Assembly (NCBI GenBank): GCA_963724515.1 | Contig: CAVRUU010000003.1 | Coordinates: 386,724-450,723 of the forward strand | Source: Candidatus Eiseniibacteriota bacterium | GTDB lineage: Bacteria > Eisenbacteria > RBG-16-71-46 > SZUA-252 | Reading direction: 5' to 3' | DNA length: 64,000 bases | In this document: positions 55,994 through 64,000 of the stretch, piece after piece | How positions within the stretch are numbered: the stretch's first letter is position 1 | Layout of the letters: each line of letters starts with the position of its first letter | Notes under the pieces: generated by a model | The model's database searches: none | What the model was told of the DNA's origin: nothing | What the model saw: only the letters and a program-made list of their open reading frames with translations | Program-made: the position numbers and the translations under genes

Positions 55994-56304
55994 GTCTCGA
56001 CGCCGAGGCAGACGTCGTCCCCCTCGACGCGCACTTCGTACGTGCGCACGCCCACCACGTCCGCCTCTGGGTTCTTCCCGGTCTTCACGTTGAATCGCCA
56101 TCCGTGCCAGGGGCAGGTCACGATGTCGCCCGCGAGATAGCCCTCTCCCAGATCGCCCCCCATGTGCGGGCAGGTGTTCCGGATCGCGAAGAAGGTCCCG
56201 TCGCAGTTGAAGAGGGCGATGCGGGTTCCGTTGGCCACGACCACCAGTCCCTTGCCGGGCTCGAGGTCCTGCACCTTGGCCACCTTCATGAATTCAGTCG
56301 CCAA
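55990..56304 (-). CDS. Rieske [2Fe-2S] ferredoxin (NirD-like small Rieske protein)
   Basis: 104 aa. CPHMGG...CPWHGWRF. Confidence 0.9.
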   Translation of the reverse strand: MATEFMKVAKVQDLEPGKGLVVVANGTRIALFNCDGTFFAIRNTCPHMGGDLGEGYLAGDIVTCPWHGWRFNVKTGKNPEADVVGVRTYEVRVEGDDVCLGVET

Positions 56305-56385
56305 ACGGGATTCCCTCCGGAAACGAAAAATCCGGCGCCCTGGATGGGACGCCGGACCGATGGTCGTTGAGCGTGAGCCCTGCTC

Positions 56386-56784
56386 CTAGTGGCTGCCGCA
56401 GCCTCCGCCGCCGCACCCGCAACCTCCGCCGGAGGGAGTTTCCTGCTCCTGCCCTTCGGTCGTCGCGAACGAGTTGCCGCAGCCACAGCTCTTCACGGCG
56501 TTCGGGTTGTTGATCTTGAATCCCTTGCCGCCGAGCGAATCATCGAAATCGATGGAGGCGCCCTTCAGGTGTTCGTAGCTCGCGAGATCCACGATCACCT
56601 TGACGCCGAGGCTCTCGAAGATCTGGTCTTCGGCCGTGGCGGGCTCGTCGCAGATCTCCATGCCGTAGGAAAGGCCCGAACAGCCGCCTCCCGCGACGAA
56701 AACACGCACGCCCTGATACGTGCCTCCGTTCTGCTCCATGATCGCCCGGATCTCGGACGCCGCTTTTTCGGTCAGATTCACCAT
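56386..56784 (-). CDS. IscA/HesB-type Fe-S cluster insertion protein with Cys/Gly-rich C-terminal extension
   Basis: Track ORF 56386..56805 (TTG start), trimmed to Met 8, which is preceded by AAGGAGGA. Contains GGGCSG and CGCGNSF, with the extra tail TTEGQEQETPSGGGCGCGGGGCGSH. Confidence 0.85.
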   Translation of the reverse strand: MVNLTEKAASEIRAIMEQNGGTYQGVRVFVAGGGCSGLSYGMEICDEPATAEDQIFESLGVKVIVDLASYEHLKGASIDFDDSLGGKGFKINNPNAVKSCGCGNSFATTEGQEQETPSGGGCGCGGGGCGSH

Positions 56785-56843
56785 GTTCGGGAGTTCCTCC
56801 TTCAATCGAGTCTAGGGGGCGCTTGTCCCTGTGTCAATTTGGA

Positions 56844-58316
56844 TTACCCGCGGGCTCGGGAGATTCGCCTTGAATTCAACCCGGCCGGGCGATCGGGGCC
56901 CCGCCCCACTTGCAAAATGCGAAGCAGGTTGGTCCCGCCGGCCCGCGTCGTCGTCCCCGCGACCGCGACGACCCACTCCCCTCTCCGGATCATCTTCTTT
57001 TCAAGCAGGAGGCGGATTCCCAGATCCACCATCCTGTCGGCCGTCCGCCAGTGGGGCACCTGGACCGCGGTGACCCCCCACGCCAGCGTGAGCCGGCGGC
57101 ATGTGGACTCGAGCGGCGTCAGCGCGAAGATCCGGGCCGCCGGGCGCGCCTTGCTGGCGAGACGGGCCGAGTAGCCGGTATGGGTGAAGACCGCGAGCGC
57201 CTTGGCGCGCAGCTCGTACGCCGCCTGATACGCGGTGTGAGCCAGCGCGTGGGTCGGCGACGAGAGCGCGCTTGTGTAATCGGTCCCCCGGCGTCGTAGC
57301 AAGGGGATCGTAACCTCTTCCGCCTCCGAGGCGATCCGCCCCATGGTCCGGACCGCCCGGTCGGGATATCTCCCGACCGCGGTCTCGGCGCTCAGCATGA
57401 GCGCGTCCGTCCCGTCGAAGATCGCGTTCGCCACGTCCGAAGCCTCCGCCCGCGTCGGGCGCGGCGAGGTCACCATGGATTCGAGCATCTGGGTGGCCGT
57501 GATGACCAGCACCTCGCGCGCGTTCGCGCGCTGGATGATCCGCTTCTGCAAGATGGGCACCCGCTCGGGGGGATACTCCACTCCGAGATCTCCCCGGGCC
57601 ACCATGACGCCGTCCGCTTCGCCGAGGATCGATTCCAGATTCTCGATCGCCTCCCGCCGCTCGATCTTCGCGATCACCATGGGCGGGTGCTTCGCGCCTC
57701 TCAGGAGGCGCTTCAGTTTCAAGATGTCTTCCGCGCTCCGCACGAAGGAAAGAGCGACGAAATCGATCCCCATCTTGAGCCCGAACGCGAGATCGCCTCG
57801 ATCCTTCGCGGTGAGGGAATCGGCGCTCAGCCGTACCCCGGGGAAGTTGAGCCCCTTGTGGTCGCCGAGCTTCCCGCCGACCACCACCCGGCAGCGGAGC
57901 CCTCGCCGCTCCTTCCTGATGACCCGGAGCTCGATCTTGCCGTCGTCGAGGAGCACCCTGTCTCCGACCTTCACGTCCCGCATGAGCCCGGAGTAGACCG
58001 CCGGGATGAGAGCCGCCGTGCCCTTCACGCGTCGGTTCGTGACCAGGGTCTCGGACCCTTGTCGCAGGTATACGTCCCCGCCCTGGAACTCGCCGACGCG
58101 GAGCTTGGGCCCCTGGAGATCGAGGAGAAGGCCCACCGACCGCCCGACGTGGGAGGCCGCGGCGTGGATGCGGCGGATGGCGCGGGCGTGCGAAGACCGG
58201 CTACCGTGGGAGAAATTGAGGCGCGCGACGTCCATCCCGGCGCGCATCATGCGTACGAGGACGACTTCCTCGACGCAGCTCGGGCCGACCGTCGCGATGA
58301 TCTTGGTGCGGCGCAC
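56844..58316 (-). CDS. pyk: Pyruvate kinase
   Basis: 490 aa. MRRTKIIATVGPS...ARLNFSHGS and MVARGDLGVE. Confidence 0.93.
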   Translation of the reverse strand: MRRTKIIATVGPSCVEEVVLVRMMRAGMDVARLNFSHGSRSSHARAIRRIHAAASHVGRSVGLLLDLQGPKLRVGEFQGGDVYLRQGSETLVTNRRVKGTAALIPAVYSGLMRDVKVGDRVLLDDGKIELRVIRKERRGLRCRVVVGGKLGDHKGLNFPGVRLSADSLTAKDRGDLAFGLKMGIDFVALSFVRSAEDILKLKRLLRGAKHPPMVIAKIERREAIENLESILGEADGVMVARGDLGVEYPPERVPILQKRIIQRANAREVLVITATQMLESMVTSPRPTRAEASDVANAIFDGTDALMLSAETAVGRYPDRAVRTMGRIASEAEEVTIPLLRRRGTDYTSALSSPTHALAHTAYQAAYELRAKALAVFTHTGYSARLASKARPAARIFALTPLESTCRRLTLAWGVTAVQVPHWRTADRMVDLGIRLLLEKKMIRRGEWVVAVAGTTTRAGGTNLLRILQVGRGPDRPAGLNSRRISRARG

Positions 58317-59290
58317 TAGAGGGCCAGTGTAGCCATCACCTCTTCGGCATGACCCTCCACCTTCACGCGGCGGAACACGTGCTCGACCTTGCCCTCACGA
58401 TCGATGACGAACGTCGTGCGCTCGACCCCCCAGAAGCTCCTGCCGTAGAGATTCTTCTCCTTGTAGGTCCCGTACTGGCGCGAGACGGCCGCGTCCTTGT
58501 CGGAGAGAAGCGGAAACGGGAGGTTGTACTTCTGCGCGAACCGCTCGTGGCTCAGCTCGTCGTCGAGGCTGACCCCCAGAACGATCGCGTCTTTCGACTC
58601 GATGCGCGGAAAGGAGTCACGGAATCCGCACGCTTCCATCGTGCAGCCGGGCGTGTCGTCCTTGGGATAGAAGTACAGGATGACGCGCCTGCCGCGGAAT
58701 TCGTTCAGGGTCACGCGGCGGCCGAGAGTGCTGGGGAGCGAGAATTCCGGCGCCGGCATGCCTACCGTCAGGCTCTCGCCGGGATAATCGAGGAGGTTGA
58801 TCTGGCCGCCCTTGCCGCGTCTTTTTTTCGGCATTGGCGGCGGTCCGAGGGCCGGATCGCGCGGCAGCTCGGTGGGGGGCGGACCCTCGTCCAGCTCGAG
58901 GAGCCCTTGCGCGACCCCGCGGTCAGAGGATCCTCCAGCCGAAAGCCTCGCCTTTACCCTCGAACCGGCCTTCGCGTTCATGGCCAGCCCGCTCCGGCCG
59001 GGGGCTCTCGAAATCGCGGCGCTCTTAGCACCCGATTTCGGCGCGGTCGGACGCCGCGCCTTGGTCGCGCGAACCACTCGCTTCGCCTTCGGCTTGGCCG
59101 CTCGCCTCGCCTTCGGCCTGGCCGCTCGCTTCGACGGCCTGCTGGATTTCGGCCTCGACTTGGCGCGGGATTTCGCCCGCGATTTTGGACGCGATTTCGG
59201 TCTCGACTTCCGCCTGGCTGAAGCGGCCCGACGCTTTATCTTCTTTGGTTTCCGCGACTTAGCCCGTTTGCTCGATCGCTTCCCAGCCAT
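58316..59290 (-). CDS. bcp: Bcp-type peroxiredoxin with ~150-aa highly basic (histone H1-like) N-terminal extension
   Basis: 324 aa. The C-terminal part, APEFSLPS...ILYFYPKDDTPGCTMEAC, is Bcp. The N-terminal part is Lys/Arg/Ala/Pro/Ser-rich with KSR(P/A) x5. AGGGAG lies 7 nt before the ATG at 59290. Confidence 0.75.
   Translation of the reverse strand: MAGKRSSKRAKSRKPKKIKRRAASARRKSRPKSRPKSRAKSRAKSRPKSSRPSKRAARPKARRAAKPKAKRVVRATKARRPTAPKSGAKSAAISRAPGRSGLAMNAKAGSRVKARLSAGGSSDRGVAQGLLELDEGPPPTELPRDPALGPPPMPKKRRGKGGQINLLDYPGESLTVGMPAPEFSLPSTLGRRVTLNEFRGRRVILYFYPKDDTPGCTMEACGFRDSFPRIESKDAIVLGVSLDDELSHERFAQKYNLPFPLLSDKDAAVSRQYGTYKEKNLYGRSFWGVERTTFVIDREGKVEHVFRRVKVEGHAEEVMATLAL
59155..59226. repeat. 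12-nt tandem repeats (~6 units) encoding KSR(P/A) tetrapeptides
   Basis: GATTTCGGCCTC GACTTGGCGCGG GATTTCGCCCGC GATTTTGGACGC GATTTCGGTCTC GACTTCCGCCTG seen on the plus strand. Hand-indexed. Confidence 0.7.
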
Positions 59291-59406
59291 GTATTTCTCC
59301 CTCTGTGGAGAAAGCGGGACCGAAACTCCAATGCGGCATAGTAATTCGGCGGGACGAGAGGTTCAAGATTGCAGAAAGACGAGGGTTTGGCGCTTCGGAG
59401 TGGTCT

Positions 59407-60267
59407 TCAGTACTTCGGACGGGCGTCCGCGAAAATCGACTCGTCCATCGAGGCGGGGAGGGAGACGTTCTCGAAGCGAAGCATCGTCGGCTTCCCCTCG
59501 AATCGGTGAAGGGTGGAGATGCGCACCGGACCGAATTTCGTCCACTCTTCCCAGGTCGCCGATTGCGCCGGAGGTTTCATGTCTTGGAGCAGGTACTCCC
59601 ACTTGTCCATGAGATGGGTCTTCCGATTCACGTACAGCCAGTAGTGATCCTCTGGCGTGAGCCCCACGCCGGGATCGAAGGTGAGCTCGAGCAGGTCCCA
59701 CTCGACACCCGCGCCCGTCTTGACACCGTCGTACTTGAGATTCGTCCCCGGGTCGCGAAGCTTGAACGGCATCATGAGCCAGTACGAGTCGTTCACCCAC
59801 CGCTCGTATCCGTTCTGCACGTTGGCCGCGATGTTGGCGGAATCCCTGTCGGCGAATCCCGCCGTGAAGGACTTCCCCTTTCGGTCGGAGAGATTCACGA
59901 CGGCCGCGATCACGCGTCCGCTCTCGTCGGGACCTTCCACCCGGTCGCGCCCGTGGCGCTTGTCCCACCAGTGGCGGAACCGCGCCAGCTCCTTCCCCTC
60001 CTTGACCACGACGAAATCGAAGCGGACGTACGGGACCGATTCCCACGCGGACTGCCCGCCCATCGCGTTTTCGAACGAGCGCGCGACTTCGGCGGCTTTC
60101 GCGTCGGCCTTCCCCATGGGCTTCTCGAGCGCCGCGGCCGTGACGTGGGCGCAGGCGAGCGCGCCGGACACAGCGAGGGCGGCGGCAATCGCCGCCGCCC
60201 TTCGTCCGCGCGGTCCTGACGGACCTTTTTGGGTTGCCCAACCCATCCGCGCCATCGCGTCGGTCAC
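59407..60267 (-). CDS. Hypothetical secreted protein
   Basis: 286 aa. Signal peptide [23 protein letters not shown] overlap with the upstream peroxiredoxin stop. I do not recognise a family. Confidence 0.6.
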   Translation of the reverse strand: MTDAMARMGWATQKGPSGPRGRRAAAIAAALAVSGALACAHVTAAALEKPMGKADAKAAEVARSFENAMGGQSAWESVPYVRFDFVVVKEGKELARFRHWWDKRHGRDRVEGPDESGRVIAAVVNLSDRKGKSFTAGFADRDSANIAANVQNGYERWVNDSYWLMMPFKLRDPGTNLKYDGVKTGAGVEWDLLELTFDPGVGLTPEDHYWLYVNRKTHLMDKWEYLLQDMKPPAQSATWEEWTKFGPVRISTLHRFEGKPTMLRFENVSLPASMDESIFADARPKY

Positions 60268-60752
60268 TTCACCGTTTTCAGGATTTCGAGCAGCTTCGCC
60301 CGATCCGGGACCTTTCCGAACTCGTGGACCTCAATGTGGCGGAGGATTCCCTTCTTGTCGATCACAAACGTGGCTCGCTCGGAGTAGCCCTCGTCGCGGA
60401 GGATTCCGTACTTCTTCGCCACCTCGCCGTGGGGCCAGAAATCGGCCAGGAGCGGATAGTCGATCCCGCCGATTTGCTCCGCCCACGCCTTGTGCGCGGG
60501 CGCCGAATCCACGCTCAGCCCGAGCACCTGCGTGTCGAGACCCTCGAAGGTCTGCCGCTCCTTGCTGTACCCGGGCATCTGCACGGTGCAGACCGAGGTG
60601 AACGCGAGCGGATGGAACACGAGCACCACGTTCTTCTTTCCCCGAAACGAGGAGAGGGTGACCTTGCTTCCGTTCTGATCGGGCAGCGTGAAGTCCGGCG
60701 CCATGTCACCGACCCGGAGCGTCGCCGTGCGATCCATCGCGCTCGTCTCCAT
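60264..60752 (-). CDS. Peroxiredoxin, AhpE-like 1-Cys/atypical Prx
   Basis: 162 aa. [11 protein letters not shown]...[14 protein letters not shown]. Confidence 0.88.
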   Translation of the reverse strand: METSAMDRTATLRVGDMAPDFTLPDQNGSKVTLSSFRGKKNVVLVFHPLAFTSVCTVQMPGYSKERQTFEGLDTQVLGLSVDSAPAHKAWAEQIGGIDYPLLADFWPHGEVAKKYGILRDEGYSERATFVIDKKGILRHIEVHEFGKVPDRAKLLEILKTVK

Positions 60753-60777
60753 CGTTCGTCCTCCTCCGGCTATCGCG

Positions 60778-62077
60778 TCAGGAATGGTGGGTCGGGACGT
60801 CGATCACGCTCGCCGTCTCTTCCGCGAGCCGCTTCGCGTCCTCCGCGAGCCGCTTCAAGGTCTCAGGATCGTTGACACCCTGCTGGATCTCCTTCGGGAT
60901 GAAGTCGAGCAGGTGCTTCAGGCCGAGCGACTCCTTGATCAGGGTGCGCGCGACGACCATGCGCTGCACCTGGTTCGTGCCCTCGTAGATCTGGGTGATC
61001 TTGGCGTCGCGCATGTACTTCTCGATCGGGTAGTCGCGCATGTAGCCGTAGCCGCCGAAGATCTGCACCGCGTCGGTCGTGACCTCCATCGCGACGTCGG
61101 TGGCGAAGAGCTTGCCATCGCCGCGAGCTTCGTGACGTTGGGGGCGCCGCTGTCGACGGCCCTCGCGGCCGCGTAGACCAGCTGGCGCGCGGCCTCGATC
61201 TTCGTCGCCATGTCGGCCAGCATCTGCTGGATCATCTGGAAGGAGGAGATCGGCGCGCCGAACTGCTCGCGCTCGGTCGCGTAGACGATCGCGTAGCTCG
61301 AGCGCGCCCTGCGCCAGCCCCACGCGCCTGCGCCGCGACGCCGGGACGCGCGCGGTCGAGCGTCATCATCGCGTGCTTGAAGCCCATGCCGGGCGACCCC
61401 GCCGAGCAGGTTCTCGGCGGGCACGCGGCAATTCTCGAAGTGGATCTCGACGACCGGCACGCAGCGGATGCCCATCTTGTCCTCGACTTCCCGATCCCGA
61501 AGCCGGGGGTGCCCTTCTCGACCATGATCGCGCGGATGCGGCGCGACTTCGAGTCGGGATCGGTGACGGCGAAGACCGTGTAGATGTCGGCGGCGCCGCC
61601 GTTCGTGGTCCACTTCTTCTCGCCGTTCAGAACGTAGTGGTCGCCGTCCTTCACGGCGCGTCGCGTGCAGGCCGCCGGCGTCGCTGCCCGCGAACTTCTC
61701 CGAGAGGCCGAAGGCGATGAGCTTCTCGCCCCTGGCGATGGCGGCAGGTAGCGGCGCTTCTGCTCCTCGGTGCCGCCGAGGAGGATCGGGAAGGAGCCGA
61801 GCGCGTTGACCGCGTAGAGGACGCCCACGCCGCCGCAGGCGCGCGAGAGCTCCTCGACGCACAGGCAGAGGTCGAGGACGCGCCGCCGCCGGGCCCGCCG
61901 TACTCCTCGGGGATCCAGACGCCCATGAGGCCCGCCTCGGCGAGCGCTTCCTTGATCTCCCAGGGGTACTCCTGGACCCGGTCGTACTTCGCGGCGAGCG
62001 GGACGCACCACCTTCTCGGCGACGTCCCGCGCCTTGGCGCGCCACTCCAGATTCCTTGCGGTGAGAAGTCCCGACAA
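60778..62077 (-). pseudogene. Acyl-CoA dehydrogenase, reading frame broken by ~9 frameshifts
   Basis: Conserved ACAD segments are spread over all three minus frames (track ORFs 61232..62140, 61651..61926, 60939..62045, 60778..61323). Examples: [103 protein letters not shown] and [30 protein letters not shown]. Confidence 0.85.
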
Positions 62078-62087
62078 TGAAATCCCC

Positions 62088-62783
62088 TCAGCGGCTGGGT
62101 CTGCTGCGGATGCGCCGCGTGGGCGCGACGACTGAGGCACGATTATTCCCGATCCGGCTCGCCCTTGTCACCAGGAGATTCCGGCCGGCCCGGCCCGGGG
62201 TGACGTGCGGGGATCCGGCCACGTAGAAGCGCCAGCGAATGGTGGCCCAGGGCTCGGGGACGTTCTGGCAGCCGATCCGGGGTGATGTCGCTACCTCCTG
62301 CTTCGCAACCGCGGAGCCGGGCTCGATCCAGAGGTCGCCCCGCGTGAGGTCGCTCCGGTTCCAGGCGAGATCCAGTCCGAACGCCTGGCAGAGGCGCGCC
62401 GGTCCCGACGAGATGAGATGCCGCTTCGCGATGCCCCGGGCCTTCTCCATCCATTCGACCCCCTCGATCGGCTCCAGGGCGCGGATCAGAGCCGCGGCGG
62501 GCTTCCCTTCGGGCTCGGTCACCGCGTTGAGGAGGTGGTGCATGCCGTAGGTGAGGTAGACGTACGCCAGCCCGGGCGGCCCGTAGAGGGGTGCTGTGCG
62601 CGGCGTGCGCCCGGCGCGCGCGTGGCACGCGAGGTCCACTTCCCCCACGTAGGCTTCGGTCTCGACGATGCGTCCGCGGAGCGTGATCCCGTCCACGCGC
62701 CGGCACAGGACCCGGCCCAGAAGGTCGCGCGCGACCTCGAGGGTCGGGCGCGAATAGAAGGATCGGGGAAGCGGAGGGGCCAC
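62088..62783 (-). CDS. mpg: DNA-3-methyladenine glycosylase (Mpg/AAG family)
   Basis: Track ORF 62088..62855. I prefer the in-frame GTG at residue 25, which avoids overlapping the divergent MFS start. FYSRPTLEVARDLLG...IVETEAYVG...AYVYLTYGMHHLLN. Confidence 0.85.
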   Translation of the reverse strand: MAPPLPRSFYSRPTLEVARDLLGRVLCRRVDGITLRGRIVETEAYVGEVDLACHARAGRTPRTAPLYGPPGLAYVYLTYGMHHLLNAVTEPEGKPAAALIRALEPIEGVEWMEKARGIAKRHLISSGPARLCQAFGLDLAWNRSDLTRGDLWIEPGSAVAKQEVATSPRIGCQNVPEPWATIRWRFYVAGSPHVTPGRAGRNLLVTRASRIGNNRASVVAPTRRIRSRPSR

Positions 62784-62827
62784 GGGCGGAGTATACAGCC
62801 GCGGACCCCGGGCGCTAGACTCCCGCG

Positions 62828-64000
62828 GTGCCGCGCCACTCCGCCGAGCCTCCATCGATCTCTCCGGAATCGCGCGCGATTCTGTTTGTCACCGTATTCA
62901 TCCATCTCCTCGGCTTCGGCATCATCATCCCGCTCCTTCCCTACTACGCGGAGACGTACGGCGCGACCGGGCTCACCGTGGGCCTTCTCACGACGTCCTT
63001 TTCCTTCTGCCAGTTTCTCTTCGCGCCGCTCTGGGGAAGATTGAGCGACCGCATCGGCAGGAGGCCGGTCCTGATCGTGAGCCTCTTCGTGACGGGTGTG
63101 TCGTATCTCATCTACGCCGCGGCCGATTCGCTCGCGCTGCTCTTCCTGTCACGGATGCTGGCGGGAGTCGCGGGCGCCGTCCTCTCCACCGCGCAGGCCT
63201 ACGTGGCGGACACGACCACGCCCGAGAACCGGACCAAGGGCATGGGGCTGATCGGGGCCGCGTTCGGGATGGGGTTCATCTTCGGTCCCGCGCTGGGAGG
63301 GGTTCTCAGCCGCTGGGGATTCGCGGTCCCCGCCTACGCCTCGGCGGCGCTCGCTCTGACGGCCGCGGTGTTCGCCTTCTTCCGCCTGCCCGAATCGTTG
63401 CCGCCGGAAGTCCGCGCGGAGACAGCGGCGAGGCGCCGGCCGGTGGCGACGCTGCGCGAGGCGCTCGCGCGCCCCGTGGTGGGGACGGTGCTCGGGCTCT
63501 TCTTCACCGCGACGATCTGCTTCGCGGGGATGGAAGCGATCCTGGCGTTGTTCTCCCAGCGGTATTTCGGCTGGGGACCGCACCAGATCGGATATCTCTT
63601 CGCGTACGTCGGGGTGGTCGCGGCCGTGATGCAGGCGGGAATCGTCGGCAGGCTGGTGCGTCGGTTCGGAGAGCGAGCGCTGGTGCGCGCGGGACTAGGG
63701 CTCATGGGCCTGGCGTTCGTGGGCGCGGGTCTCGTCCCGCCGCTCGCGCTCTTCCTGCTCGCGATGGGGATGATCGCCGTGGCGAGCGGGATGCTATCGC
63801 CCTCGCTGTCGGGGCTCATCTCGTTGGCGACCCCGGCCGACGAGCAGGGGGGAATCCTCGGGATCTACCAGTCGCTCGGCAGCCTCGCGCGCGCCGTGGG
63901 GCCGTTTCTGGGCGGGCTCGTGTTCGACGTCGTGAGCCCCGGCGCTCCGCTCTGGATGGCGGGCATCGTCCTGGGACTCGCCGCCCTCGCCGCGGCGCGA
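62828..64000 (+). CDS. MFS transporter (TetA/TCR-like), partial; runs off the right edge
   Basis: Absent from the track because there is no stop in the window. Hand translation from the GTG at 62828 gives VPRHSAEPP...ILFVTVFIHLLGFGIIIPLLPYYAETYG...APLWGRLSDRIGRRPVLI, which contains MFS motif A. The frame stays open to 64000. Confidence 0.8.
   Translation, partial: MPRHSAEPPSISPESRAILFVTVFIHLLGFGIIIPLLPYYAETYGATGLTVGLLTTSFSFCQFLFAPLWGRLSDRIGRRPVLIVSLFVTGVSYLIYAAADSLALLFLSRMLAGVAGAVLSTAQAYVADTTTPENRTKGMGLIGAAFGMGFIFGPALGGVLSRWGFAVPAYASAALALTAAVFAFFRLPESLPPEVRAETAARRRPVATLREALARPVVGTVLGLFFTATICFAGMEAILALFSQRYFGWGPHQIGYLFAYVGVVAAVMQAGIVGRLVRRFGERALVRAGLGLMGLAFVGAGLVPPLALFLLAMGMIAVASGMLSPSLSGLISLATPADEQGGILGIYQSLGSLARAVGPFLGGLVFDVVSPGAPLWMAGIVLGLAALAAAR

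Overview
The window is visibly GC-rich (about two thirds G+C by eye), gene-dense bacterial chromosome. It looks like a diderm, given the outer-membrane beta-barrels, System I cytochrome c maturation genes and Tat/Sec signal peptides. I found no rRNA, tRNA, CRISPR array, IS element, prophage or defence island. Most content is housekeeping. It includes a 2-oxoacid dehydrogenase cluster with lipB, aspA, tldD/pmbA, polX, nth, queG, mutT, trxB, ETF-QO and a complete but atypical ccm operon. It also includes the glyoxylate shunt genes aceB-aceA with a divergent RamB-like regulator, acs, nrdJ, pyk, several peroxiredoxin/thioredoxin-fold proteins, mpg and two MFS transporters. Many adjacent genes overlap by 4 nt (ATGA/GTGA), which implies translational coupling. 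The least explained locus is a four-gene, tightly coupled membrane-protein operon at 53096-55993 that I cannot assign to any family; redox proteins flank it. Other points worth a second look: a ccm variant whose CcmE has Cys instead of the haem-binding His, an atypical CcmH, an embedded secreted protein and a 3' rhodanese. There is an acyl-CoA dehydrogenase broken by about 9 frameshifts and an acs with one frameshift. There is a metallophosphoesterase with no usable start for its N-terminal domain, a Tat-signal TldD next to a signal-less PmbA, and a PolX-coupled thermolysin-like protein. A histone-like basic extension sits on Bcp, and two AT-rich divergent promoter regions stand out. Coordinates anchored to the ORF track are exact. 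Hand-indexed coordinates (hairpins, boxes, repeats) may be off by 1-3 nt, because I saw small disagreements between my own base counting and the track.
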